Of a DNA stretch of 32,000 bases, positions 9,505 through 18,460 are shown in pieces. This DNA is from Acholeplasma laidlawii PG-8A (lineage in GTDB: Bacteria > Bacillota_I > Bacilli_A > Acholeplasmatales > Acholeplasmataceae). The position numbers and the translations under genes were made by a program. The notes below the pieces were generated by a model. That model saw nothing but the letters and a program-made list of their open reading frames with translations, was not told the origin of the DNA and did not search any database. The stretch is taken from positions 30,001 to 62,000 of the forward strand of contig NC_010163.1 of the NCBI RefSeq assembly GCF_000018785.1. The letters are read 5' to 3'. Positions within the stretch are counted from its first letter, which is position 1; each line of letters starts with the position of its first letter.

Positions 9505-10626
9505 ATGAAAATATTACTAAAAGTTGTTAAATGGACACTTATTACAGTTTTAAGTTTTATCTTAGTGCTTGCTGTACTTAATATCGTACCATTTAGTTTA
9601 TCTAAAGCTAAAAACGAAAACCACTTTAGAAAAACCACAGATTATCCTATGGTCATTCCTCATGGTGGAGCTAAACTATTAGCACCAGAAAACACCATAT
9701 GGGCATATGATATGTTAATTAATGAATTTCAAGCAGATGTCTTAGAAATAGACTTAGCACTAACAAAAGATAATATCTTAATTGCACATCACGATCTTGA
9801 TTTAGAGTTTTCTAGTGAGTCTGATATGAATGGTACACTGATAAGAACCCATAACTACCAAGATATCTTAGCTGAATATGAGAGTGATAATTACTATTTA
9901 GCTAGAAGATTTACGTACCCTAGTGATTATGCATATGATCCTGTTAAAGGTATCAAACCATTTGAAAATGAAACAGATGAAGCTATACTATCTAAATTAG
10001 TACCTGCTAAGTTATAAGATATCTTCACAAATGTTGGTGATGATGTATTATACATATTAGAAATAAAAGATTCACCAACATCTGAAGGTTATGATCATGA
10101 GATTCATGACTTTGTATTAGCTTCTCAAATACTAATTGATTTAGTTAACTTATATAATTTAGAATCACATGTAGTCCTAGCATCATTTTCAGATGATGTC
10201 ACAACTTACTTTAAAGACAATGCACCAGATATTTTAGTAAATGCTGGCACATCAGAAGTTACAATGTTTGCAGTATATAGTGCATTCTTTATCGATTTCT
10301 TTTGGACAGTTAAATCAGAGGTGTTAATCCTTCCGACACCATCATCTATGTCTATTACAGGATCAACAGCAAACCTTTTAGATATGCTACCTGGTTTTAT
10401 TAGAAATAATATTGCAATTAAGGGTGATGATGATATCTACCGTGCAAACCTTATGGGTAAAGAAATTATTAATGATGCACATAGAAAAAATATGGCTGTC
10501 TTATACTGGACAGTAAACTCTAAAGAAGAGATGAGACTCCTAATTAAAAACGGTGCAGATGGTATCATTACAGATAGACCTGATTTATTAATTGAGGTCA
10601 TTAATGAATTAGAAGCAGAAGCGTAA
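9505..10626 (+). pseudogene. Membrane-anchored glycerophosphodiester phosphodiesterase (GDPD family) interrupted by a single in-frame TAA at 10015-10017
   Basis: ORFs 9505-10017 and 10264-10626 share one frame, and my translation of 10018-10263 in that frame has no stop. N-terminal TM helix, PHGGAKLLAPENT, LEIDLALTKDNILIAHHD, and C-terminal DGIITDRPDLL. The stop sits in VPAKL*DIF, where GDPD proteins usually have a PTLEE-type motif. Confidence 0.8.
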
Positions 10627-10662
10627 AAATTTTAAAATAATTGCATATAATTTTTAAAATAG

Positions 10663-10696
10663 GCCATAATCATTTGATAGATTATGGCTTTTATTT
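10663..10696 (+). terminator. Rho-independent terminator after the GDPD gene
   Basis: GCCATAATC (10663-10671), 8-nt loop, GATTATGGC (10680-10688), then TTTTATTT. Confidence 0.75.
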
Positions 10697-10770
10697 ATAG
10701 TAAACCACCAAATTTAATCTAAAAATAAGAAATAAACCAGCAATTTAATAAGTAACACAACACGAAAATG

Positions 10771-10784
10771 CGAAAACGTTTACG
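10771..10784. promoter_or_regulatory. LacI-family-type operator candidate, distal copy (CGAAAACGTTTACG)
   Basis: CG-centred near-palindrome (12/14). It shares the core AAACGTTTACGT with the copy at 10904-10917. Confidence 0.5.
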
Positions 10785-10868
10785 TAAGAAAAATTACGTT
10801 AACGCCTTACTAAAGCGAATCACATAATTTTTGAAAATAAAACGCTTACATTCAGGTAAAAAAATTGC

Positions 10869-10896
10869 TTGAATTAAAAAAGTGACATGATAAAAT
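10869..10896 (+). promoter_or_regulatory. Sigma-70-type promoter of the LacI/ABC/GH94 operon
   Basis: TTGAAT (10869-10874), 16-nt spacer, TAAAAT (10891-10896) with an extended -10 TG at 10888-10889. Confidence 0.55.
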
Positions 10897-10903
10897 ATAG
10901 TTG

Positions 10904-10917
10904 CGCAAACGTTTACG
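10904..10917. promoter_or_regulatory. LacI-family-type operator candidate, proximal copy (CGCAAACGTTTACG)
   Basis: CG-centred near-palindrome (12/14) starting 8 nt downstream of the -10 hexamer, around the expected transcription start and 20 nt upstream of the regulator ATG. Confidence 0.55.
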
Positions 10918-10936
10918 TCGATAGGGGATTGATAAT

Positions 10937-11956
10937 ATGGTGAAGTTAAAGGATATTGCTGATGTGGCTGGTGTAAGTATTGGTACAGTGAGTAAAGCCT
11001 TAAGCAATAGTCATGAAATCAGTATTAAAGTCACAAAGAAAATACATAAGATTGCCAGAGAAATGGGATATATCGCAAACTCTCAAGCTAGGAGTTTAAA
11101 AACAAATAGATCCTATAATATCGGTGTTGTATATATTGATAAATCTAAAGCAGGTTTAAAGCATGAGTATTTTTCAACTATGCTAAGTAGTATACAAGAA
11201 ACCTTACGTATCAAAGGATATGACTTTACCTTCATCTCTAATTTGGTTGGTACAACAAAGCATACCTTATTAAGTCATGCACGCTACCGAAGATGTGATG
11301 GTGTCATTATTGCTACTGCAGACTATGATGATCCTGAAATTCATCAACTTATGGCATCAGACATGAAGGTTGTTACAATTGATCATGATTTTCCAAATAG
11401 AACAGCTATCATGTCGGATAATAATATTGGTTTAGGAAAGATTGTGGATTATATATATAAATTAGGTCACACCAAAATTGCATTTATACATGGTGAAATG
11501 ACCCAAGTTACGAAAGATAGATTAGAATCTTTTAAAACAGCATGTCAAAGACTAAATATCGATATACCACAAGCATATATTAAACAAGCAGATTATCATT
11601 TACCAAAACAAAGTGGTATAGCAACCAGGGAATTACTTAGTTTAGATGAAAAACCAACATGTATCATATATCCTGATGATTACTCATTTATGGGCGGGAT
11701 GACTGAAATAGAAAAACATGGATTAAGCATACCGAATGATATTTCAGTTGTTGGATATGACGGGATTTATCTATCTAGAATACTTAGACCAACGCTAACA
11801 ACTTATGTTCAAAATAGCGAAGAGATTGGTAAACAAGCAGCATTAAAGCTTATCAATCATATAGAAAATCCCAAAGAGTTTATTTCTGAAAGAATAACAA
11901 TTACTGGAAAACTTCAAAAGGGTCATACAGTTAAAGATATTAAAAACACTTTTTAA
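10937..11956 (+). CDS. LacI/GalR-family transcriptional regulator
   Basis: N-terminal HTH VKLKDIADVAGVSIGTVSKALSN followed by a periplasmic-binding-protein-like sugar-binding fold. 339 aa. Confidence 0.92.
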   Translation: MVKLKDIADVAGVSIGTVSKALSNSHEISIKVTKKIHKIAREMGYIANSQARSLKTNRSYNIGVVYIDKSKAGLKHEYFSTMLSSIQETLRIKGYDFTFISNLVGTTKHTLLSHARYRRCDGVIIATADYDDPEIHQLMASDMKVVTIDHDFPNRTAIMSDNNIGLGKIVDYIYKLGHTKIAFIHGEMTQVTKDRLESFKTACQRLNIDIPQAYIKQADYHLPKQSGIATRELLSLDEKPTCIIYPDDYSFMGGMTEIEKHGLSIPNDISVVGYDGIYLSRILRPTLTTYVQNSEEIGKQAALKLINHIENPKEFISERITITGKLQKGHTVKDIKNTF

Positions 11957-11985
11957 AATTTAAAATATAGAAAAGGGGTACTAAA

Positions 11986-13377
11986 ATGTTTAAAAAGTTA
12001 TTTGTAGGGTTACTTGTATTACTTGCAGCTATTGGGTTAGTTGCTTGTGACAATGGATCAGGTGGTGTAGAGGCAAAAGAAGAAGGTTCTACACTAGTTA
12101 TTCGAGTTTGGAACGATGAGTTTATCGGTCGTTTCAGAAATTTCTATCCAGGCTTTGTTAAGACAAACTCTGATGGAACAGATCTCTTAGATGATGGAAC
12201 AATCGTCAAATGGATACAAGTTGCAAATGATAACAACGCGTATCAAATCGCATTAGATGCTGCACTGGCAAACCAAAATTCAGCAGCAGCTAATGATAAA
12301 GTGGATATCTTCTTAATTGAAGCGGATTACGCTACAAAATATGCAAACGATCGTTATGCATTAGATATTCATGGTGATTTAAAAATTAAAGAATCAGTTG
12401 TTGCAGATATGTATCAATATACTAAGGATATCGTTACAGATGATAAGGGTATATTAAGAGCAGTATCATGGCAAGCAACACCAGGCTTATTTGCTTATAG
12501 AGCAGATATTGCAAGAGAAGTACTAGGTACTGACGTACCAGCAGAAGTACAAGCTAAAATTGATACTTGGGCTAAATTTGACACAGTTGCAGCACAAATG
12601 AAAGCTAAGAGTTATAGTATGTTATCTGGTTATGATGATGCATTTAGAGCATATTCAAATAATACATCGGCTAAATGGGTCAATGATAAAAATGAAGTAG
12701 TCGTAGACCAACAAATCTTAAACTGGATTAAACAAACTAAAAACTATTCAACAAATGGATATAACAATGGTAATGGACTATGGAGTGATGGATGGCAAAG
12801 TGACCAAGGATCAACAGGCAATGTATTTGGATTCTTTTACTCAACATGGGGTATTAACTTTACGCTATTAGGTAACTCACTAGATGATGCTGATGCACCT
12901 AAAGAAGTAGGTAATGGATTATTTGGTGAGTACCGTGTTGTTCAAGGTCCTGCAAGTTACTATTGGGGTGGTACTTGGATAGTGGGTGCTAAAGGTACAG
13001 ACAATCCAACACTTGTTAAAGACATTATGATCAAGATGACTGCAAACCCAGCAATTGCAGAATCTATTACAAGAGAAGTTGAAGACTACACAAACAATAA
13101 AACAGCTATGACTAAAATAGCAAACGATGCAACATATGGTTCAGCATTCTTAGGTGGACAAAACCATATCGCTTTATTTACGTCAGCTGCCCAAAAAATC
13201 GATATGAGTAATGCATCACCTTATGACCAAGGGTTAAATGAAGGTATTCAAACTGCAATGAAAGACTACTTTGCAGGCACATCAACATTTGATCAAGCAT
13301 GGACAAGATTTAAAGAAATCGTTGGTGAAAAATATCCAGAATTAAAATTCCCAACAACACCGGCAGAACCAAAATAA
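11986..13377 (+). CDS. Sugar ABC transporter substrate-binding lipoprotein
   Basis: Signal peptide with lipobox LVAC followed by a Gly/Ser linker. 463 aa, with family-1 solute-binding-protein-like composition. AAGGGG SD. Confidence 0.8.
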   Translation: MFKKLFVGLLVLLAAIGLVACDNGSGGVEAKEEGSTLVIRVWNDEFIGRFRNFYPGFVKTNSDGTDLLDDGTIVKWIQVANDNNAYQIALDAALANQNSAAANDKVDIFLIEADYATKYANDRYALDIHGDLKIKESVVADMYQYTKDIVTDDKGILRAVSWQATPGLFAYRADIAREVLGTDVPAEVQAKIDTWAKFDTVAAQMKAKSYSMLSGYDDAFRAYSNNTSAKWVNDKNEVVVDQQILNWIKQTKNYSTNGYNNGNGLWSDGWQSDQGSTGNVFGFFYSTWGINFTLLGNSLDDADAPKEVGNGLFGEYRVVQGPASYYWGGTWIVGAKGTDNPTLVKDIMIKMTANPAIAESITREVEDYTNNKTAMTKIANDATYGSAFLGGQNHIALFTSAAQKIDMSNASPYDQGLNEGIQTAMKDYFAGTSTFDQAWTRFKEIVGEKYPELKFPTTPAEPK

Positions 13378-13393
13378 TTAATATACATTAAAT

Positions 13394-13430
13394 TTGATGA
13401 GGGAATTACCTTCCCTCATCAAGTCTTTTT
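13394..13430 (+). terminator. Intra-operon hairpin (partial terminator/attenuator) after the binding-protein gene
   Basis: TTGATGAGGGAA (13394-13405), loop TTACC, TTCCCTCATCAA (13411-13422), then GTCTTTTT. Confidence 0.6.
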
Positions 13431-13496
13431 GAATCAATAACTTTTAAAATTATGTAAACTTATTTTTAAATATAAGTACATGAAGGGGTATAATTT

Positions 13497-14456
13497 ATGT
13501 CTAAAAAGCGAAATAAAATTAATTACAACAAATGGGGATATTATTTTGTAGCACCTTTTATCATTGTATATTTGGTCTTTTCTCTGATCCCGCTATTATC
13601 AACGTTTTACTATAGTTTCTTTGAATATTACTATGCACAAGGTGGGTTTATAAAGATAGGACCAAATTTCATAGGCTTTGAAAATTATGTAACATTGTTT
13701 AGCCAAGGTGTCTTCATAAAATATCTGGGTAATACAATTGTTTTATGGTTGATGGGTTTTATACCCCAAGTTATTGTTTCATTACTGATGGCATTATGGT
13801 TTACATCCTTTAGACTTAAACTAAAAGGTACGGCATTTTTTAAAACAGTCATGTATCTTCCAAACCTAGTGATGGCAGCAGCCTTTTCCATGTTATTTGT
13901 TCAACTATTTTCAAATACAGGTGGGTTAACAACATTACTAATTGAATTAAACATTATCCCCGAAACATTTAGTTTCGTTGATAATGTTTGGCCAACAAGA
14001 GCGCTAATAGCACTGATGAACTTCTTGATGTGGTTTGGTAATACAACGATATTACTCATGGCAGGTATTATGGGTATTGATGATTCTTTAATTGAATCTG
14101 CCAGTGTAGATGGTGCAAATAGTAGACAAGTATTTACTAAGATTACACTACCACTTTTAAAACCTATATTATTATTTGTTTTAGTTACTTCTTTAGTTGG
14201 TGGTATTCAAATGTTTGATATACCATTTGTCTTTACAAGAGGGACTGGTGGTCCACAAGGATCATCACAGACTGTTATGATGTACATTAGTGGCTTACTA
14301 AGAACAAGTAAGCAATATGATATGGCAGGTACTGCTTCTGTTATATTATTTATTCTTACAACGATTATTAGCTTATTATTCTTCTTTATCATGAATAAAG
14401 ATGAAATTAAAGAATACCGTGAAGAGAAGAGAATAAGAAAGGAGATGAAAAGATGA
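13497..14456 (+). CDS. Sugar ABC transporter permease (MalF/UgpA-like)
   Basis: Six hydrophobic segments. EAA-loop motif IESASVDGANSRQVFTKITLPLLKP. Confidence 0.9.
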   Translation: MSKKRNKINYNKWGYYFVAPFIIVYLVFSLIPLLSTFYYSFFEYYYAQGGFIKIGPNFIGFENYVTLFSQGVFIKYLGNTIVLWLMGFIPQVIVSLLMALWFTSFRLKLKGTAFFKTVMYLPNLVMAAAFSMLFVQLFSNTGGLTTLLIELNIIPETFSFVDNVWPTRALIALMNFLMWFGNTTILLMAGIMGIDDSLIESASVDGANSRQVFTKITLPLLKPILLFVLVTSLVGGIQMFDIPFVFTRGTGGPQGSSQTVMMYISGLLRTSKQYDMAGTASVILFILTTIISLLFFFIMNKDEIKEYREEKRIRKEMKR

Positions 14457-15331
14457 ACAAATCATTTAATTTAAAAAAGATGCGTTTTGTTGATAAGCTC
14501 CCTTTATATTTTCTTAAATTCTTTATCTACTTTATTTTAGGTGTGTTTGCATTTGTAATTATCTTCTTATTCTATACATTGTTTGTAAATGCATCAAGAC
14601 CACACATTGATATTTCTAAGGGGTTTTCAATATTTCCGGGTTCATTTTTTATTAGAAACTTAAATAAAATCCTAACTCAAGAAAACCTATTTGTTATAGA
14701 AGGTATTAGAAATAGTTTCTTTATAGCCTTTGTATCTGGGATACTTACAACATACTTTAGTGCATTAACAGCTTATGCAATACATCTATATAAATTTAAA
14801 GGAAATAGATTTATCCATCTAGCGATATTAGCGGTTATGATGATTCCATCACAAATCGCCGGTATCGGGTTAGTAACGATATTATATAGTATAGGATTTG
14901 TAAATAATTACTGGGTAATCATCATACCCGCAATTGCATCACCAGCGACATTCTTTTTCATGAAACAATACATTCAAAGTGTATTACCTTATGAGATTAT
15001 TGAAGCTGCACGTGTTGATGGATCAAGTGAATTTAGAACGTTTAATCAAATTGTACTTCCAATTATTAAACCAGCTTTATCCGTTCAATTTATCTTTGCT
15101 TTTGTAGCAAGTTGGAACAACTTATTCATACCATCTTTAATTATTCAAGATGGTAATAAAAGAACGTTGCCAATTATAATTGCTCAACTGGGTGTATCTG
15201 ATCCGAAAAACTTTGATCAAGGTGCTCGATTTATGCTTATGTTTCTAGCAATTATTCCAACAGTGATCATATATCTGATTTTTTCTAAATATATTATAAA
15301 AGGTACTACAGCAGGTAGTGTGAAAGGTTAA
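14453..15331 (+). CDS. Sugar ABC transporter permease (MalG/UgpE-like)
   Basis: ATGA overlap with the preceding permease gene. EAA-loop motif IEAARVDGSSEFRTFNQIVLPIIKP. Confidence 0.9.
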   Translation: MNKSFNLKKMRFVDKLPLYFLKFFIYFILGVFAFVIIFLFYTLFVNASRPHIDISKGFSIFPGSFFIRNLNKILTQENLFVIEGIRNSFFIAFVSGILTTYFSALTAYAIHLYKFKGNRFIHLAILAVMMIPSQIAGIGLVTILYSIGFVNNYWVIIIPAIASPATFFFMKQYIQSVLPYEIIEAARVDGSSEFRTFNQIVLPIIKPALSVQFIFAFVASWNNLFIPSLIIQDGNKRTLPIIIAQLGVSDPKNFDQGARFMLMFLAIIPTVIIYLIFSKYIIKGTTAGSVKG

Positions 15332-15346
15332 TAAAGGACAATACTT

Positions 15347-17767
15347 ATGAAATATGGCTATTTTGATGATTTAAATAAAGAATACGTGATAACAACACCT
15401 TACACACCCTATCCTTGGATAAACTATCTAGGTAGTGATGACTATTTTGTTTTAATGTCAAATACTTCTGGTGGTTATAGTTTTTATAAAGATGCAAGAG
15501 ATAGAAGAATTACTAGATATCGCTACAATAATGTCCCTGTAGATAATGAAGGTAAATACTTCTTTATAAAAGATAAAGAAAGTATCTGGAATATTGGTGT
15601 TAAACCGACTAAAACACCATTAGACAGTTATGAAGTTAGACATGGTATGGGATACACCAAGTTTAATTCTAAAAAAGATGGACTTGTTGCTAAACAACTA
15701 TCGTTTGTACCAAAAAACTTTAATGGTGAAATCCATAAAATCACTTTAGAAAATACAACAAATGAAACAAAACATATAGAACTTATATCTTATGTTGAAT
15801 GGGCATTATGGAATGCCTTAGACGATCAAACAAATTTCCAGCGTAATTTATCGATTGGTGAAGTAGAAGTAGATGGGTCTACGATATATCACAAAACTGA
15901 ATATAGAGAACGTAGAAACCATTATGCATTTTTTCATGTGAATCACGATCTTAGTGGATTTGATACAGATAGAGAACAATTTTTAGGTCTATATAATGAT
16001 GTATCTAGTCCTGAAGTTGTAAGAGAAGGTAAACCTAAAAATAGTATAGCTGATGGATGGTCACCTATTGGTTCACACTTTATAAGCGTTGAACTCAAAG
16101 CACATGAACATAAAGACTTTATATTCATGATTGGTTATGTTGAAAGTGATAAATTTGATAAATTTGAAAGTCACAAAGTTATCAACAAAAAATTAGCAAA
16201 AGAAATGATCGATAAATATAAAAACGTAGACCAAGTAATGGCTTCATTTAGAGATTTAAACACATTCTGGCATAACACGCTTTCAAATTATCAAATCAAG
16301 TCTAATGATGATAAGTTAAACCGTATGGTCAATATTTGGAATCAATACCAAACCATGACAACCTTTAATTTAAGTCGTAGTGCATCCTATTTTGAATCTG
16401 GTGTAGGAAGGGGTATGGGTTTTAGAGACTCTAACCAAGACTTACTAGGATTTATGCATATGGATAGTGTTAAGACACGTCAAAGATTAATAGATTTAGC
16501 ATCAACACTACTCTATGATGGTGGTGCATACCATCAGTATTCACCACTTACTAAAAAGGGAAATGCTGATTTAGGTTCAGGTTTTAATGATGATCCAAAT
16601 TGGTTTATATTAGCATGTGTACAGTACATTAAAGAGTCTGGTGATTTTACAATCCTTGATGAAGTCATCATGTATGAATCAAATCCAAATTTAAAAGGAA
16701 GCATGTTAGAACACTTAGAAAAAGCATTTTATAAAACGGCACTTAATCTTGGGCCGCATGGTCTACCATTAATTGGTAGAGCTGATTGGAATGACTGTCT
16801 TAATTTAAACTGTTTTTCAGACGAACCAGGAGAGTCTTTCCAAACAGTTCAAAATAAGGGTGATGGTAAAACTGCAGAAAGTATCTTTATAGCGGGACTC
16901 TTTGTATATGTAGGTAAAAAATACAGTGAACTGCTAGATAGAATAAATGATCATCATAACAAACAAAAAGTAGATGCACTCGTACAAAAAATGACACATC
17001 AAGTTGAAAAACATGGTTTCGATGGTAATTGGTTTTTAAGAGCATATGATGCTTATGGTCATAAAGTGGGTTCACACACAAACGATGAAGGAAAGATATT
17101 CATCGAGCCTCAAGGTATATGTGTCATGGCAGGTATTGGTCTTCAAAACGGTATGGCCAAAAAAGCTTTAGATCATGCTAAAACCATGTTAGATACACCA
17201 TATGGTATGGTTCTAAACTATCCAGCCTATTCCACATACCGTTTAGAATTGGGTGAGATTTCAAGTTATCCTGAAGGCTATAAAGAAAATGGTGGAATTT
17301 TCTGCCACAATAATCCTTGGATTGCATGTGCAGAGGCAGTAGTTGGCAATGGTAATCGTGCATTTGAAGTGTATAAAAAAATCGCACCTGCATATATTGA
17401 GGATATCTCTGATATCCACAAGACAGAACCGTATGTCTACTCACAAATGATTGCAGGTAAAGAAGCTAAAAGACATGGTGAGGCTAAAAACTCATGGCTC
17501 ACTGGAACCTCTGCTTGGAACTTTGTAGCAATTAGTCAATATATTTTAGGTATTCAACCAGAATTTGATGGTTTAAGTATCAAACCTGTATTACCTGATC
17601 ATCTAAATGAACTAGAAATTACTAGAAAGTTTAGACAAAACACATATATTATTAAAGTTATAAGAACTGGTAAGCAAATGATTGAATATAAGGGTAGAAT
17701 CTATAAAGATCACATGATACCTTACGTGGTTTCAAACCAAATAGAACATATTACAGTACACATATAA
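15347..17767 (+). CDS. GH94 beta-disaccharide phosphorylase (cellobiose/chitobiose/laminaribiose phosphorylase family)
   Basis: 806 aa. N-terminus MKYGYFDDLNKEYVITTPYTPYPWINYLG is characteristic of GH94 phosphorylases. Catalytic region GRADWNDCLNL. Substrate cannot be assigned by eye. Confidence 0.9.
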   Translation: MKYGYFDDLNKEYVITTPYTPYPWINYLGSDDYFVLMSNTSGGYSFYKDARDRRITRYRYNNVPVDNEGKYFFIKDKESIWNIGVKPTKTPLDSYEVRHGMGYTKFNSKKDGLVAKQLSFVPKNFNGEIHKITLENTTNETKHIELISYVEWALWNALDDQTNFQRNLSIGEVEVDGSTIYHKTEYRERRNHYAFFHVNHDLSGFDTDREQFLGLYNDVSSPEVVREGKPKNSIADGWSPIGSHFISVELKAHEHKDFIFMIGYVESDKFDKFESHKVINKKLAKEMIDKYKNVDQVMASFRDLNTFWHNTLSNYQIKSNDDKLNRMVNIWNQYQTMTTFNLSRSASYFESGVGRGMGFRDSNQDLLGFMHMDSVKTRQRLIDLASTLLYDGGAYHQYSPLTKKGNADLGSGFNDDPNWFILACVQYIKESGDFTILDEVIMYESNPNLKGSMLEHLEKAFYKTALNLGPHGLPLIGRADWNDCLNLNCFSDEPGESFQTVQNKGDGKTAESIFIAGLFVYVGKKYSELLDRINDHHNKQKVDALVQKMTHQVEKHGFDGNWFLRAYDAYGHKVGSHTNDEGKIFIEPQGICVMAGIGLQNGMAKKALDHAKTMLDTPYGMVLNYPAYSTYRLELGEISSYPEGYKENGGIFCHNNPWIACAEAVVGNGNRAFEVYKKIAPAYIEDISDIHKTEPYVYSQMIAGKEAKRHGEAKNSWLTGTSAWNFVAISQYILGIQPEFDGLSIKPVLPDHLNELEITRKFRQNTYIIKVIRTGKQMIEYKGRIYKDHMIPYVVSNQIEHITVHI

Positions 17768-17810
17768 TTTTTTTCATCTTCCTCCTTATATAGGTGTGGT
17801 AAACCTATTA

Positions 17811-17845
17811 AAAAAATATGGATATCATGGCATCCATATTTTTTT
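17811..17845. terminator. Bidirectional rho-independent terminator between the GH94 gene and ohr
   Basis: AAAAAATATGGAT (17811-17823), 8-nt loop, ATCCATATTTTTT (17832-17844). The A-run and T-run make it functional in both directions. Confidence 0.8.
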
Positions 17846-17862
17846 ATTGTTATGTATAATTC

Positions 17863-18285
17863 TTATGCTTGATAAGGAACAATTGTTAAAGTAACACCTG
17901 GTTTATCACCAATTAACTTGGATACAGGACATAATCTATGTGCGTAATCAATAATCTCTTTAGTAGTTACAGGATCTAAGTCTTCAATTGCTGCAGTAGC
18001 ATCCAAAGTAAAACTATATCTTTCAATTGGGTGTAACCATAGTTTAACCTTCACATCCACTCTAGAACGGTTTGTTAACTTTTTAGAACGGATTACAGAA
18101 ATAATAGCTGCATTTAAACAAGTTGCCCATGCAGCACCAATAAGTTGCTCAGGATTTGTATGTTCAGTGTCCGCTTTTAATACAGAAGCAAGACCAAAAG
18201 CATGTCCGTTATCTGCTGTTGCAAATCCCTTAGTACCTTCCATATTAGTTATAACAGTTTCATATATTTGTTTTAAATCATCCAT
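17863..18285 (-). CDS. ohr: OsmC/Ohr-family organic hydroperoxide resistance protein
   Basis: Motifs TNPEQLIGAAWATCLNAA and HRLCPVSK (the two family cysteines). Start moved to the ATG at 18285 (MDDLKQIY), which has AAAGGA upstream, giving the family-typical 140 aa. The upstream 27 codons in the ORF track lack an SD. Confidence 0.85.
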   Translation of the reverse strand: MDDLKQIYETVITNMEGTKGFATADNGHAFGLASVLKADTEHTNPEQLIGAAWATCLNAAIISVIRSKKLTNRSRVDVKVKLWLHPIERYSFTLDATAAIEDLDPVTTKEIIDYAHRLCPVSKLIGDKPGVTLTIVPYQA

Positions 18286-18424
18286 AAAAACACATCCTTT
18301 CATATCTATTATATAGATACCTGTGAAAAAATCATAATTTACGCTATTTACATAGGTGTTTTCCACTAATATTGTGGTTTTTCACATTTAGAATAAAACT
18401 TTTGATATCTTAGTGTCTAATTCA

Positions 18425-18453
18425 TTGATAACGTTATATCGTTAAGATATAAT
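18425..18453 (+). promoter_or_regulatory. Consensus sigma-70 promoter for the first amidase lipoprotein gene
   Basis: TTGATA (18425-18430), exactly 17-nt spacer, TATAAT (18448-18453). Confidence 0.7.
18426..18439. promoter_or_regulatory. cre/LacI-type operator overlapping the -35 and spacer (TGATAACGTTATAT)
   Basis: Contains the perfect 10-bp CG-centred palindrome ATAACGTTAT. It matches the cre consensus TGWAANCGNTNWCA except at the last two positions. Confidence 0.5.
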
Positions 18454-18460
18454 CAATATG

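Noticed and set aside
10015-10017. Programmed recoding or read-through of the in-frame stop in the GDPD gene.
   Set aside because: The codon is TAA, not TGA (selenocysteine) or TAG (pyrrolysine). No downstream structure is evident, and TAA is used as a normal stop throughout the window. A nonsense mutation or sequencing error is the simpler explanation.
17771-17800. A minus-strand AAGGAGG followed by ATG and an 8-codon mini-ORF (MKKIICVL) just past the 3' end of the GH94 gene.
   Set aside because: The SD-ATG spacing is only 3 nt. The ORF runs antisense into the GH94 stop region, lies downstream of the ohr terminator, and has no promoter. It is most likely fortuitous.
18286-18366. The 27-codon upstream extension of ohr in the ORF track.
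   Set aside because: Ohr/OsmC proteins are about 140 aa. The ATG at 18285 has AAAGGA upstream, while the longer start has none and overlaps a TATAAT-like element.
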